Assembly (NCBI GenBank): GCA_050950505.1
Contig: JBMNHS010000001.1
Span: 1,108,824-1,172,823 of the forward strand
DNA: 64,000 nt
Direction of reading: 5' to 3'
From: Candidatus Methanomethylophilaceae archaeon
Lineage (GTDB): Archaea; Thermoplasmatota; Thermoplasmata; Methanomassiliicoccales; Methanomethylophilaceae
Part shown: positions 1 to 10,811 of the stretch, in pieces
Numbering within the stretch: position 1 is the first letter of the stretch
Layout of the letters: every line of letters begins with the position of its first letter
Position numbers and translations under genes: made by a program
The notes under the pieces: model-generated
Seen by the model: the letters and a program-made list of their open reading frames with translations, nothing else
What the model was told of the DNA's origin: nothing
The model's database searches: none

Positions 1-283
1 CCCCCGCGTCTTCGGAATACTGCAGTTCGCCTCTTGACACGTACGCTTTCACAAAGGTGCCCGGATCCACGGATATGCCTTTTCTTTTCAAACTGTTGAT
101 TATATCGATGGCTTCGTCAAAATCGGTGAAGGCGGAAACGTAAGATTCCAGCATCGAAAGCACGGTGCCCCTCATTATGTACGCGTCCAACAACTGCTCT
201 TCGGTGCCGTTTTCTTCGCATTCCTGAACTTTGGCGTTATATTCTTTCAACGCCTCGGCAAGGTGTTTGTCGGATCTGCTCAT
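1..283 (-). CDS. TPR-like hypothetical protein (5' part only; runs off the window start)
   Basis: Translated by hand from ATG at 283: MSRSDKHLAEALKEYNAKVQEC...DAYIMRGTVLSMLESYVSAFTDFDEAI...KAYVSRGEL. Open to position 1, with a TPR-like AYxxRG...AxxDFxxAI pattern. Absent from the ORF track because it is truncated. Confidence 0.65.
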   Translation of the reverse strand, partial: MSRSDKHLAEALKEYNAKVQECEENGTEEQLLDAYIMRGTVLSMLESYVSAFTDFDEAIDIINSLKRKGISVDPGTFVKAYVSRGELQYSEDAG

Positions 284-372
284 GTCGGTTTGTATGACGC
301 ATTGTCAGATAAAAGGATTACAGTCTTTTTCGCATCGGAAGTTTTTATTAAAAGCGCCGTTATTGAGAAGTT

Positions 373-1719
373 ATGGTCCAAAAGAAAGTAGTGGCGATTC
401 ACGATATATCCTGTTACGGAAAGTGCTCGCTCACGGTCGCTTTGCCGGTGCTGTCCGCCGCGGGCATAAACACCCCAATCATACCCACCGCGGTGTTGTC
501 CACCTTCGTAGGGCCTTTTCCCGGTTTCACTTACCGGGACATGACCGAGGACATAATTCCCGTCGTCGAACACTGGAACGACATGGGATTCGAATTTGAC
601 GCCGTATACACCGGATTTCTGGGATCCAAAGAACAGGTGGAAGTCGTCAGAAAAGCGATAGGGATGATTCGGAACCCCGATACCAAAGTTTACGTGGACC
701 CGGTGATGGGGGACCACGGAGAACTTTACTCCACTTTTAATGAGGATTTCCCGTCGGAGATGAAAAAACTCTGCGGGGACGCGGATATCATCATACCCAA
801 CTTTACCGAAGCCACAAAAATGCTGGATGAACCCTTCGCCACAGGTCCGTACACCGAAGAATACGTTGAAGGACTGGTCAGAAGAACCGGAAAACTGAGT
901 GCCGGAAAGGTTGTCCTCACCGGTGTTTATTTTGATGAGAAAAAACTGGGCGCCGCCGCTTACGACAAAGAAACCGATGAAATCATGTACATAATGAAAG
1001 AACGGGTAAAGGGATTCTATCACGGCTCCGGAGACATCTTCGGATCGGGATTGGTGTCTTCCCTGGTTCACGGATGGGATCTTGCCGAAGCCGTCGACAT
1101 AGCCGAAGACCTGACGATTGCCAGCATCAGAAACTCTCTGGAAGGGGGTTACGATACGGATCACGGCCTTTGTTTCGAAGAAGGATTGACGGATTTCGGA
1201 CTCAGAGTCAAATCAATAAGGGGCCACAGAAAAATAATCTCCCGTGCCGATATGGATAAACTTTCAAACCTCGTGGAAGAAATATGGAAAGAGGCCTTTG
1301 CAGAAATGATTTCCGGGGAACAGATCGAATACATGCTGGAGAAATTCCATTCTCCCGTCGCGATTGAGAAGGCGATTTCCGAAGGGATGGTTTACGAATT
1401 CATCACGTTCAAAGGCGAAGACATCGGATTCCTGGCTTACAGAAAGGATGAGAACAGACTGTTTCTGAGCAAATTATACGTTCATGGAAAGTACAGAGGA
1501 CACGGTTTTGCGTCTGATTCCATTAATCATATTCTCAGGATCGCCTGCAGAATGAACGTCGATTCGATCTATCTCACGGTGAACAAAGGAAACAAAAAAG
1601 CAATTTCCACATACGAACACTGGGGTTTCAAAACCACCAAAGACGTCTGTGAAGACATCGGGAACGGATTCTTCATGGACGATCACATAATGGAACTTGA
1701 CGTCAGGCGCGTCTTCTGA
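373..1719 (+). CDS. pdxK: Pyridoxal/pyridoxamine kinase fused to a C-terminal GNAT N-acetyltransferase
   Basis: The N-terminus has DISCYGKCSL, YTGFLG, VDPVMGD, IIPNFTEA and HGSGDIF (ribokinase/PdxK family). The last ~160 aa have LSKLYV..YRGHG and NKKAISTYEHWGF (GNAT). Confidence 0.85.
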   Translation: MVQKKVVAIHDISCYGKCSLTVALPVLSAAGINTPIIPTAVLSTFVGPFPGFTYRDMTEDIIPVVEHWNDMGFEFDAVYTGFLGSKEQVEVVRKAIGMIRNPDTKVYVDPVMGDHGELYSTFNEDFPSEMKKLCGDADIIIPNFTEATKMLDEPFATGPYTEEYVEGLVRRTGKLSAGKVVLTGVYFDEKKLGAAAYDKETDEIMYIMKERVKGFYHGSGDIFGSGLVSSLVHGWDLAEAVDIAEDLTIASIRNSLEGGYDTDHGLCFEEGLTDFGLRVKSIRGHRKIISRADMDKLSNLVEEIWKEAFAEMISGEQIEYMLEKFHSPVAIEKAISEGMVYEFITFKGEDIGFLAYRKDENRLFLSKLYVHGKYRGHGFASDSINHILRIACRMNVDSIYLTVNKGNKKAISTYEHWGFKTTKDVCEDIGNGFFMDDHIMELDVRRVF

Positions 1720-1724
1720 ATGCC

Positions 1725-3476
1725 ATGTCCGCCGCCTCAGACAAAGACGATGTGAAATATTCCTCCGGACCGGAGAATCCCTTCAAAGGATTCATTCCGG
1801 CTTCGAAAAAAGAGATGAAAGAACGGGGATGGGATTCCCTGGACATCATTCTTGTTTCCGGCGATACGTATTATGATACGCCGTACAGCGGCAGCGCGAT
1901 GATCGGGAGATGGCTGATTCATAACGGATACAGGGTTGGCATAATTCCCCAACCGTCGGAGGAAGACATCGGAAAACTGGGCATTCCCGAACTTTTCTGG
2001 TCGGTTTCCGCCGGATGCGTCGATTCCATGGTTGCGAACCGTACCGCCAACAACAAAAAGCGGAGACATGACGACTTCACCCCCGGAGGGGTAAACGACA
2101 GACGTCCCGATCGGGCGACGATTGTGTATACAAACATGATCAAACGGTTCTGCAGGGACAAACCCATCGTGTTGGGGGGAATCGAAGCGTCGTTGAGACG
2201 CGTCGCCCATTACGACGGCTGGACGGACACGGTGAGACGGAGCGTGCTTTTCGACGCCAAAGCAGATTACATCACATACGGCATGGCCGAATTTTCAAAT
2301 CTTGAACTGGCCGATGCGCTGAAAGCTTCAAAAAACACAGAGAACATCAGAGGAATCTGTTACATTTCCAAGGAATGTCCGGAAAATCATATCCTGATTC
2401 CTTCTTACGAAGACTGTTCGGAGGACGATGGGAAGTTTGCCGAAGCTTATCGCGCGTTCGGTGAAAACTGCGACCCGGTCACGGCGAAGGGTTTGTGCCA
2501 GAGGCACGGCGACCGTTATCTGATACAAAATCCCCCTCAGAGAGATCCCACAACGGAAGAGCTGGATTTGTTTCACTCGTTGGGGTATATGAACGAAGTT
2601 CACCCGTCCTGCATCAAGGACGGGTACGTGAAAGCCGCGGACACCATCAAGAACTCCGTAACCACCCACCGGGGATGTTACGGAGGCTGCAGTTTCTGCG
2701 CCATAGCCGTCCATCAGGGGCGCAGAGTCGTTTCCCGCTCCGAAGATTCCATAATCGAAGAAATAAAAGGGTTCGCGAAGAATCCCGATTTCAACGGTAT
2801 CATTTACGATCTGGGAGGACCCACCGCAAACATGTACGGCATTGAATGCGAAAAGAAAATCACAGGGGGTGCGTGTGAAGACCGGGGGTGTCTGTTCCCT
2901 CATGTGTGCAAGTCTCTGAAAGTGAACCATGACCGTCAGCTGAAACTTCTAGAACGTGTTTTGGACGTCGAAGGCGTCAGAAAAGTTTTCGTCACTTCGG
3001 GAATACGTTACGATATGATATTGGCCGATGAAGAACACGGAAAGGAATATGTCGATGCGGTTGTGAAGAACCACGTATCCGGCCAATTGAAGATAGCGCC
3101 GGAACATGTTTCCGATGAGATTCTGGAACTTATGGGTAAGCCCGGCAGGAAAGAACTTCTGGAATTCAAAAAGATGTTCGATTCCTCCAACAGGGAGCAC
3201 GGCAAAAAACAGTTCCTTACGTACTATACGATGGCGGCGCATCCGGGATGCACGCAGAAACACATGGAAGATCTGGGAAAATTCTGCCGCAACGTGCTGA
3301 AAACCAATCCGGAACAGGTTCAGATATTCACCCCCACCCCGTCCACGGTTTCCACGCTGATGTATCACACCGGCAAAACCCCCGACGGAAGGGAACTTTT
3401 CGTGGAACGTCATCCCCAAGGAAAACAGAGGCAGAAAAACGCGGTGTTAGGAAGGCGGAGATATGCCAGAGAATGA
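1725..3476 (+). CDS. ygiQ: YgiQ-family radical SAM protein
   Basis: CxxxCxxC motif (GCYGGCSFC), VSGD, RRPDRA, GGIEASLRR, DLGGPTANMY, SGIRYD, QVQIFTPTP. Confidence 0.9.
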   Translation: MSAASDKDDVKYSSGPENPFKGFIPASKKEMKERGWDSLDIILVSGDTYYDTPYSGSAMIGRWLIHNGYRVGIIPQPSEEDIGKLGIPELFWSVSAGCVDSMVANRTANNKKRRHDDFTPGGVNDRRPDRATIVYTNMIKRFCRDKPIVLGGIEASLRRVAHYDGWTDTVRRSVLFDAKADYITYGMAEFSNLELADALKASKNTENIRGICYISKECPENHILIPSYEDCSEDDGKFAEAYRAFGENCDPVTAKGLCQRHGDRYLIQNPPQRDPTTEELDLFHSLGYMNEVHPSCIKDGYVKAADTIKNSVTTHRGCYGGCSFCAIAVHQGRRVVSRSEDSIIEEIKGFAKNPDFNGIIYDLGGPTANMYGIECEKKITGGACEDRGCLFPHVCKSLKVNHDRQLKLLERVLDVEGVRKVFVTSGIRYDMILADEEHGKEYVDAVVKNHVSGQLKIAPEHVSDEILELMGKPGRKELLEFKKMFDSSNREHGKKQFLTYYTMAAHPGCTQKHMEDLGKFCRNVLKTNPEQVQIFTPTPSTVSTLMYHTGKTPDGRELFVERHPQGKQRQKNAVLGRRRYARE

Positions 3477-4146
3477 ACGCCTCAACGGATTTGTGAATGA
3501 AATCGCCGCCGAGAAAGGAATCAAGACAGTCGGGGCGGAGTATTGCAAATTTGCAAAAATAACCTATCATGCCTATTCCGTCAGAAACGTTTACAGATTC
3601 AGAATCTCGGACTATCTTTCCACGGCTCCGGACGATGTTCTGAAAGATTATCTTGACACGATGATGTCCAACCTGAAGAAAAAGCAAAGAAAACCTTCCG
3701 GAAAATTCATGGATTGGATGCTCTCCGACGAGTTTGTCTCGCAGTGGCGGCCGGTCCGCATCCAAAGAAGCAAAAACATTTCCCGGGGCACCGTTGGCAA
3801 AGCAAGAGATTTGGGGGCTTCTTTGGACCGATTGATGGACATGGGTTTGGTGTACGATTCGGATATCAAAAATTCATATTATACCTGGACTTCCCGTCCG
3901 AATCACAGAAAGGTGGGGGAATGCGACCTGGTATTCCGCATCGTCACCATATCCAGCGTGCTGGATTCCGAAAACGTTCCTGAAAAGGTTTTGGATTATG
4001 TGGTGTATCATGAAACCGTTCATCTGAGAATCGGACACCGTCAGGGTGAATCGGCTCACGGAAAGAAATTCAAAGAATTGGAAAATCTGTATCCCGATAT
4101 CGAATGGTGTGAAAGATACCTGTCTGAAAACCTGAAGAAAAAATAA
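3463..4146 (+). CDS. Zinc metallopeptidase, M48/YgjP (DUF45)-like
   Basis: VLDYVVYHETVHL (HExxH) followed by H..F. Overlaps the ygiQ stop. Confidence 0.75.
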   Translation: MPENERLNGFVNEIAAEKGIKTVGAEYCKFAKITYHAYSVRNVYRFRISDYLSTAPDDVLKDYLDTMMSNLKKKQRKPSGKFMDWMLSDEFVSQWRPVRIQRSKNISRGTVGKARDLGASLDRLMDMGLVYDSDIKNSYYTWTSRPNHRKVGECDLVFRIVTISSVLDSENVPEKVLDYVVYHETVHLRIGHRQGESAHGKKFKELENLYPDIEWCERYLSENLKKK

Positions 4147-4320
4147 AGACCTCTGGCTCATGACATCCGTAAACATGATATTTTGTTTATTGCGGAGGCC
4201 CGCCTGCGCCAACTTTCTGATATGAGAGGTTGTTTTCTTCAATAAATTATACAAAATCCAACTATTTTTATAGAACAAGTCATATGTCGGTTTGCTGGAT
4301 GGGGCTTTTTAGCACGTAAT

Positions 4321-6279
4321 ATGGAACAGGTCACTATAGTCACGGTTTATTTCGCAGCGGTATTTTTACCTGCCTTATTCGGTACTTTATTGGGCGTGTT
4401 CCCCCGTTCTTCGAAAGTTTCCAAATTTGTCTCTGTTCTGTGCATTGTTTCCTGCGTCGCAGGGGCATCAACGTATCCCCTCTGGCATTTCGGTTATGAA
4501 TTGTCCCAGATCATACCGGTACATTCCGCGCTGGGAAAATATGTCCTAAGCATAGACCAACTGACCGCCGCCGTGATTTCCATGTCTTCGGTAATCTATA
4601 TTCTGGTGGTGGTCCATGAAATGAGATCCACCACGGGTTCCGATTCCAGATACGGAGGATTCCTGAACGTTCTGTTCCTGGCATGTTTTTCATGCATGGC
4701 CGCAGACAGCGTCATCACCCTGCTGCTTTCCTGGGAAACGGTCACCCTTGCGACATTCATGATGGCCAAAAGAGGCAACAACGAAAAAGCCAGATGGCTG
4801 TTTTTCGTCATCGCCCACATCGGCGGAATATTGCTGATTTCCGCATTCGTATACATGTCATTGGTTGCGGAGACTCAGATTCTTTCCGAATGGGGCAATC
4901 TCAGTGCCGTCATGGGTTCGGGCATTTCAATGGCGCTGATAATGATGCTCGTTCTCGGCTTCGGAGCCAAGCTGGGTCTGATTCCGTTCCACGCCTGGAT
5001 GCCGGGGATGTACGCATCCGCGCCGATACACACCACCGCTTTGCTTTCCACCGTCTGTTCGAACGTTGCCGTGCTGGTGTTGCTCAAGAGCATTTTCTCT
5101 TATATCGGAATCCTGCCTTCGATGTCCTGGATAGCTTTCGTCATAATGGCGATAGCCGCGATCACCGCCCTCTGGGGCGCCATGGAATCCTTGATTCAGG
5201 ACGAACCGAAGAAGATTCTGGCTTATTCAAGCATGGAAAACATGGCCCTTGTGGTTCTGTGCCTGGCATTGGGGATGATTTACGTAAACGAATCCCCGGC
5301 CTTCGCGAAACTGGTTCTGATTGCCGCCATGCTGCACACTTTGAACCATTCCGTATTCAAATCGCTTATGTTGATGACCATCGACACTGTTGAAGACTGT
5401 ACAAAGGAAAAGAAAATCTGGAGAATGGGCGGACTGTCCAAGGCTCTTCCCGCATTGTCCGTCGTGGCAATCATAGGCGTGCTTTCGATGGCCGCAATTC
5501 CTCCGACGAACGGCTTTGTCAGCGAATGGCTTATGATTCAGTCTCTTATGGGCGGTGACATCGAATCCAAGGGAATGAGTCTGTTGATCCCTTTGGCTTT
5601 GGCCGCCGTGGGAATCTGCGGCATGATGATGGCCGCATCCTACGCAAGACTGTACGCTTTCGTGTTCCTCGGAAGACCCCGTTCCGAAAAAATGGTGGAT
5701 CCGACGCCGATGAAAGGAGGAACCATCGTTCCTCTGGTGGTATTGGCCGTTTTGTGTCTTGTGATGGGGTTCCTCGCCACGCTGATAATGGACGTTCTGG
5801 GCTCCGGTATAGTGTCCCTGACCGGAATGCCCTCGGATCCGAATCACAGAGACGTCATGACCGTCGAACTTCTCCCGCTGATATTGGGCACTTCGATAGT
5901 GGCGGTGTTGGGAACCGTATTTTGGCTTACATACCGTAAAAAACGCAACGTCAGGGAAACCCGCACCTGGGGGTGCGGCGGCGAATTGGATGAAACCATG
6001 CAATATTCGTCCATAGGATTTTCACAGCCCTTGGTCAAGGTTTTCCATCCTCTTTACGGGGATGCGGTAATGACCGTGGAATCCGACGAAAAAGGTGACA
6101 GGTCGGTGTTCGCCGAAATGAAAGAACCATTCGTCAAATATCTGTACAAACCTCTCGCGGACGCCGTGACGGCGTTTTCGGAGAGAGTGGGAAAAATGCA
6201 AAACGGCAGCATACAATCATATTTCGCATACATACTCGTGACACTGGTCGCGGTGTTGTTGGCGACGAGGTTCCTATGA
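4321..6279 (+). CDS. hyfB: Ehr/hydrogenase-4 antiporter-like membrane subunit (HyfB/NuoL family)
   Basis: Multi-TM protein with SWE, KLGLIPFHAWMP, KKILAYSSMEN, HSVFKSL, PPTNGFVSEW and TWGCG. Confidence 0.85.
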   Translation: MEQVTIVTVYFAAVFLPALFGTLLGVFPRSSKVSKFVSVLCIVSCVAGASTYPLWHFGYELSQIIPVHSALGKYVLSIDQLTAAVISMSSVIYILVVVHEMRSTTGSDSRYGGFLNVLFLACFSCMAADSVITLLLSWETVTLATFMMAKRGNNEKARWLFFVIAHIGGILLISAFVYMSLVAETQILSEWGNLSAVMGSGISMALIMMLVLGFGAKLGLIPFHAWMPGMYASAPIHTTALLSTVCSNVAVLVLLKSIFSYIGILPSMSWIAFVIMAIAAITALWGAMESLIQDEPKKILAYSSMENMALVVLCLALGMIYVNESPAFAKLVLIAAMLHTLNHSVFKSLMLMTIDTVEDCTKEKKIWRMGGLSKALPALSVVAIIGVLSMAAIPPTNGFVSEWLMIQSLMGGDIESKGMSLLIPLALAAVGICGMMMAASYARLYAFVFLGRPRSEKMVDPTPMKGGTIVPLVVLAVLCLVMGFLATLIMDVLGSGIVSLTGMPSDPNHRDVMTVELLPLILGTSIVAVLGTVFWLTYRKKRNVRETRTWGCGGELDETMQYSSIGFSQPLVKVFHPLYGDAVMTVESDEKGDRSVFAEMKEPFVKYLYKPLADAVTAFSERVGKMQNGSIQSYFAYILVTLVAVLLATRFL

Positions 6280-7220
6280 ACATCCCTGAGATGGCCGTGA
6301 TGGTCGCCCAGGTTGCGATCCTGATTGCAATATCCCCGCTGATAACGGGAATCATCAGAAAGATGAAGGCGTTCATGCGTCACAAAAAAGGTGCCAGCGT
6401 GTTCCAGCCTTACAGAGATCTGAAAAAACTATTCAAAAAAGAATCCGTGGTATCCGAAGATTCGTCCTTCCTGTTCAGACTGATACCTTTGGTCTGTTTG
6501 ACTTCGATGTTGTTGCTTGCGGCGATGACTCCGTTCATCTATACCGGAGTCATTGCGCCGTATTCCGATGTAATCGCCATGGTTTACATATTCACCATGT
6601 TCAGATTCGCCATGGTCTTGGGGGGACTTGAGGGAGGTTCCGTGTTCGGAGGCATGGGAAGCAGCAGGGAAGTCATGATGTCGGTTCTGATAGAACCGGC
6701 TCTGCTTATCGCAATCATGTCCCTTTCCGCGATGACCGGGGCGGGGTTCGACATCACCGCCATATCCGAATCGATGATAGCCGCGGGAGCTGTGGCGATT
6801 TCCCCCGCTTTGCTGCTGGCCGGCACATCTTTCGTCATAACCATGGTGGCAGAGAACACCAGAGTTCCCTTCGACAACCCCGATACCCATCTGGAACTCA
6901 CCATGGTTCATGAAGGAATGGTCATAGAGTATTCCGGAAAGGACTTGGGAATGATGGAACTGTCATCCATGCTCAGACTCACAATATTCATGACATTGTT
7001 GGGAACTCTGTTTTTCCCCTGGGGAACCGCGGTGACTTTGTCCGCGGTCAGTCTGATCGCCGCCTTTGCCGTAATAATAGTGAAATTGCTTGTGATTGCC
7101 TTCGGAATAGCCTTGCTTGAGAGCACGGTTGCGAAAATGAGACTGTTCAGCGTACCGAACATGCTCACCGCGTCCTTTGCCCTGTCCCTCATGGCAATGA
7201 TTTCCCTGTACATACTGTGA
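6276..7220 (+). CDS. hyfC: Ehr/hydrogenase-4 subunit C (NuoH family)
   Basis: QPYRDLKKLFKKE, FGGMGSSRE, RVPFDNP.THLELTMVHEGMVIEYSG. ATGA overlap with the upstream gene. Confidence 0.88.
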   Translation: MNIPEMAVMVAQVAILIAISPLITGIIRKMKAFMRHKKGASVFQPYRDLKKLFKKESVVSEDSSFLFRLIPLVCLTSMLLLAAMTPFIYTGVIAPYSDVIAMVYIFTMFRFAMVLGGLEGGSVFGGMGSSREVMMSVLIEPALLIAIMSLSAMTGAGFDITAISESMIAAGAVAISPALLLAGTSFVITMVAENTRVPFDNPDTHLELTMVHEGMVIEYSGKDLGMMELSSMLRLTIFMTLLGTLFFPWGTAVTLSAVSLIAAFAVIIVKLLVIAFGIALLESTVAKMRLFSVPNMLTASFALSLMAMISLYIL

Positions 7221-7230
7221 GGAACCGAAA

Positions 7231-7893
7231 ATGTACAACGTACTTACCGGAAATCTCATAGACATCTTTGCTGTCGCGATGTTGCTGTCTTCGGTGATGG
7301 CAATGGCCAGCGTGAGGATGCGCCCTCTGATCCGTCTGTTCCTTGTGCAGTCGGTGTTTCTTGCCGCCTACGAATTTACCGTTGCATACACTCACAACGA
7401 ACCGAAAATTTACGTGATGGCAGTTCTGACTTTTGTGATCAAAGTCCTGATCGTGCCTAAATTGCTGAATTACATCATGGACCGCATCAAAGTCGGTGAC
7501 GAAATGTCGTTGAGCATCGGGATTCCCGGTTCGATGCTGCTGTCCGCATCGATGATTTTCCTGTCCTATTTCATTTCGGAACCTTTGATATCCATTCTGG
7601 ACACCGCCGAAAGGAACTCCCTGGTGCTGTCGTTCTCCATGATTCTCATAGGGATGCTGATGATGGCCACCCGTCACAAAGCCATCAGCGAAGTAGTCGG
7701 TCTGCTTATGGCGGAGAACGGTCTGTTCATGGGCGCCATCGCCCTGTCCAACGGAATGCCCTTCATTGTCGAACTCGGGGCGTTCATAGATGTGCTGATG
7801 GCAGTGATAATCATCGGTATATTCGCACTCAGGATCAACAAATCCTTTGACTCGTTGGATACGACACTGATGCGGAGGCTGAAAGAAGAATGA
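7231..7893 (+). CDS. hyfE: Ehr/hydrogenase-4 subunit E
   Basis: Hydrophobic; IKVLIVP, ENGLF, MPFIVELG..ID motifs; operon position. Confidence 0.82.
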   Translation: MYNVLTGNLIDIFAVAMLLSSVMAMASVRMRPLIRLFLVQSVFLAAYEFTVAYTHNEPKIYVMAVLTFVIKVLIVPKLLNYIMDRIKVGDEMSLSIGIPGSMLLSASMIFLSYFISEPLISILDTAERNSLVLSFSMILIGMLMMATRHKAISEVVGLLMAENGLFMGAIALSNGMPFIVELGAFIDVLMAVIIIGIFALRINKSFDSLDTTLMRRLKEE

Positions 7894-9347
7894 CGCCTCT
7901 CGCCATGGTTCTGATGCCTCTGATCTTCGGCGTGATGCTCCTGTTCATCAGGAATATGAAGTTCCTCCCGTACGTTTCGTTGACGGGGGCCGTCGCTTTC
8001 CTTGCTGTTACCGTTGCATGCTGTCTCCCTCATCTGAGGGGGGAAGCATACAACGATTCGATATGGTACATCGACAGTCTGTCCGCTTTCTTCCTGACCG
8101 TAACCGCGGTGATTTCCTTCGCCGCCGTTTTGTATTCGAAAAGTTACATGGAAATCGAACATGAGAACGAAGTGTTCAGCACCAAAGAAGTGAGCCATTA
8201 TTACTTCATAGTGTTCGCTTTCATTGCGATAATACTCTTCACTTTCTCCGTACGGTCCGCAGCGCTCACGTGGATAGGAATCGGCATGACCACTTTGGTT
8301 TCCGCTTTCCTTGTCGGATTGCGCAAGGATGCCGCGGCCACCGAAGCCGCCTGGAAATACATCATGCTGTGTTCCGTAGGGATAATGCTGGCATTGTTCG
8401 GAATCGCATTATTGTTCGCCGCGTCAACCGACGTCATACCGGACAGCGATTCTCTTGATTGGCCCGCGTTGGTTCTCAATGCTTTGGATCTCAATCCGGT
8501 TCTGATGAAGTTCGCCGCCGCTTTCTTTATAATAGGTCTCGGAACGAAAGCGGGATTGGCCCCGTTGCACAACTGGCTGCCGGATGCCCACAGTCAGGCT
8601 CCCGGTCCGGTGAGCGGAATGATGTCCGGAATTCTGCTTAACTGCGCAATGTACGGAATCATGAGGTTTTACACCGTATCGGAACTGGTCAACCCCGGGT
8701 TCGCAAAGAATATTTTGCTTCTGTTCGGAGTTCTTTCTTTGGTGATTGCCTCTTCGTTCATACTCATTTCAAAAGATTTCAAAAGGATGCTGGCTTATTC
8801 AAGCGTGGAGAACATGGGGTTGATTGCCATAGCCCTGGGAATCGGGACTCCCCTTGCATTGTTCGGAGCCGTATTCCAAATAATGGCACACTCCGTGTGC
8901 AAACCGTTGATATTCTTCTGTTCCGGAAACGTCGCACAGGCTTACGGAACAGGAAACATGTCAGAAATACGCAACGTTTCGAAGAAAATGAAATTTACCG
9001 GGTTCGCAACGGCGGCCGGGGGGTTGGCCGTGGCGGGGGCTCCGCCTTTCCCGTTGTTCATCGGCGAATTGCTGATAATTTTCGGTGCGATAAGCGCGGG
9101 AATGTACTGGTTGGCGGGATTCCTGGGCATCATACTCGTGTTCGTCTTCGCCGCCCTCATCAAGAACATATTCCCCATGCTTTCCGGTTCAACCGACAAA
9201 GAAGTCAGCGAAGGGAAATCTCCGTTCGGAAGTTTCGCAATCGTTTTACTCATAGGGATTGCTCTGTTCATCGGACTTTTCATGCCCGAATCCATGAGGG
9301 ACGTCTTTGAAAGCATGGTTTTGATTCTGTCGGGAGGCGGGGCATGA
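7890..9347 (+). CDS. hyfF: Ehr/hydrogenase-4 subunit F (NuoM/N-like antiporter subunit)
   Basis: EAAWKY, GTKAGLAPLHNWLPDAHSQAP, KRMLAYSSVENMG. Confidence 0.87.
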   Translation: MTPLAMVLMPLIFGVMLLFIRNMKFLPYVSLTGAVAFLAVTVACCLPHLRGEAYNDSIWYIDSLSAFFLTVTAVISFAAVLYSKSYMEIEHENEVFSTKEVSHYYFIVFAFIAIILFTFSVRSAALTWIGIGMTTLVSAFLVGLRKDAAATEAAWKYIMLCSVGIMLALFGIALLFAASTDVIPDSDSLDWPALVLNALDLNPVLMKFAAAFFIIGLGTKAGLAPLHNWLPDAHSQAPGPVSGMMSGILLNCAMYGIMRFYTVSELVNPGFAKNILLLFGVLSLVIASSFILISKDFKRMLAYSSVENMGLIAIALGIGTPLALFGAVFQIMAHSVCKPLIFFCSGNVAQAYGTGNMSEIRNVSKKMKFTGFATAAGGLAVAGAPPFPLFIGELLIIFGAISAGMYWLAGFLGIILVFVFAALIKNIFPMLSGSTDKEVSEGKSPFGSFAIVLLIGIALFIGLFMPESMRDVFESMVLILSGGGA

Positions 9348-10802
9348 TACTGAACAGATCCACATACTGCGACAGCGATGCGTTGACCCAGTTCATAGGT
9401 AACTATCACGCGGACGGATGGAGAGTGATGGATATTTTCGCTTACGATCTTTCGCCGGGATTCATGATGAACTTCCTTCTCAGACGGGGGAGCGACATAC
9501 TCAGGATCACCTCCGACGTTGACGAAACGTATCCCGCCGTCACTCCTGCGGTTCCTTCCGCTTCGCTGTTCGAAAGAAAGGTTTGGGAGATGAACGGCAT
9601 CGTCCCCGAAGGTCACGAAGATCTCTCGCCCGTGATTTACTGGAGGAAAGGTGACGGGTATCCCCTTCAGAAAGAACCTTACATGACATTTGACGAAACC
9701 AGAATACCCGTGCCGAAAAACCGTTTGGCGGGGCCGGGAGTGTTTGAAATACCCGTGGGGCCCGTACACGCCGGAGTCATAGAACCCGGCCATTTCAGAT
9801 TCAGCACCGCGGGGGAACCCATACTTGAACTGAAAGTGCATCTGGGATACACCCACAAAGGAATCGAGAAACTGATGGAGGGTTCCGTGGACCGCAACCT
9901 GTCGCATCTTGCCGAAAGGATCTCCGGCGACAATGCGGTCGCCCACAGTCTTGCTCACGCTCACGCCATGGAAGGCATCACGGAAATACCCGAAAGGGCC
10001 CGTATAATCCGTGTCATACTGTCCGAATTGGAAAGGATACACAATCATCTTGAAGTCATGTCCGGGCTTTGCACGGACACCGCGTTCAGCGTCGCCGCGG
10101 CTTTCGGTCAAGAAACGCGGGAAATACTGCTGAGAACCAATCAGGAAGTCTTCGGAAACAGACTTCTCATGGGAAACATCGTCCCCGGGGGAGTGAGGAG
10201 AGACCTTACCCCGGAAAAAATCAAGAAGCTCGAGAACGCGGTCATGAAAGCGAGTTTTGCAGCCTCCAAGTTGGACGGCTACATGACGAAATCCCCGTCG
10301 GAAACCGATAGATTGGAAACCACGGGAATCCTTACGGAGGAGTATGCCGAAAAACTCGGTACGGTGGGAGTCATCGCAAGAGCCAGCGGCATAGAATCCG
10401 ACGTCAGGAAAGAAGTTCCTTATGACAAATACGGCGATTTGTCGCTGAACGTCATTACCCGGAAGAAAGGGGATTGCTTGGCCCGGTCCTCCGTAAGGGC
10501 AGGAGAGATAAACGAATCCGTCAGTCTGATACTTCAGTGTCTCACAAAAATAGAAACCGGAGACATCATGACGGAACCGGAAATACCGAGAGGCATGGCC
10601 TGCGGCATAGTCGAATCTCCCCAGGGGCGAATTGCTGCACAGTGCGGAAATCATAGACAATGAAATTTGGAGATACAGCATAAGGGATCCGTCTTTCGTC
10701 AACTGGCCGGCGTTGGAGGTGTCTGTATTGAAGGACATCGTTCCCGATTTCCCGTTGATCAACAAAAGTTTTGGGCTGTCCTACAGCGGGAATGACGTGT
10801 GA
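9344..10802 (+). pseudogene. hyfG: Ehr large subunit (HyfG/NuoCD-like, no Ni-binding CxxC motifs) with a 1-bp frameshift at ~10619-10622; sequencing error or recent mutation
   Basis: GPVHAGVIEPGHFRF, HKGIEK, ERISGD, ELERIHNH. Removing one C from CCCC at 10619-10622 restores VESPRGELLH...IRDPSFVNWPAL...VPDFPLINKSFGLSYSGNDV* with TGA at 10800-10802. Confidence 0.85.
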
Positions 10803-10811
10803 GGTGAAAGA

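Noticed and set aside
8942-10765. 607-aa minus-strand ORF, and similar long antisense ORFs (35653-36972, 13245-14363, 44702-45745, 54682-55599)
   Set aside because: These are shadow frames of well-supported genes on the opposite strand, with no motifs and atypical composition.
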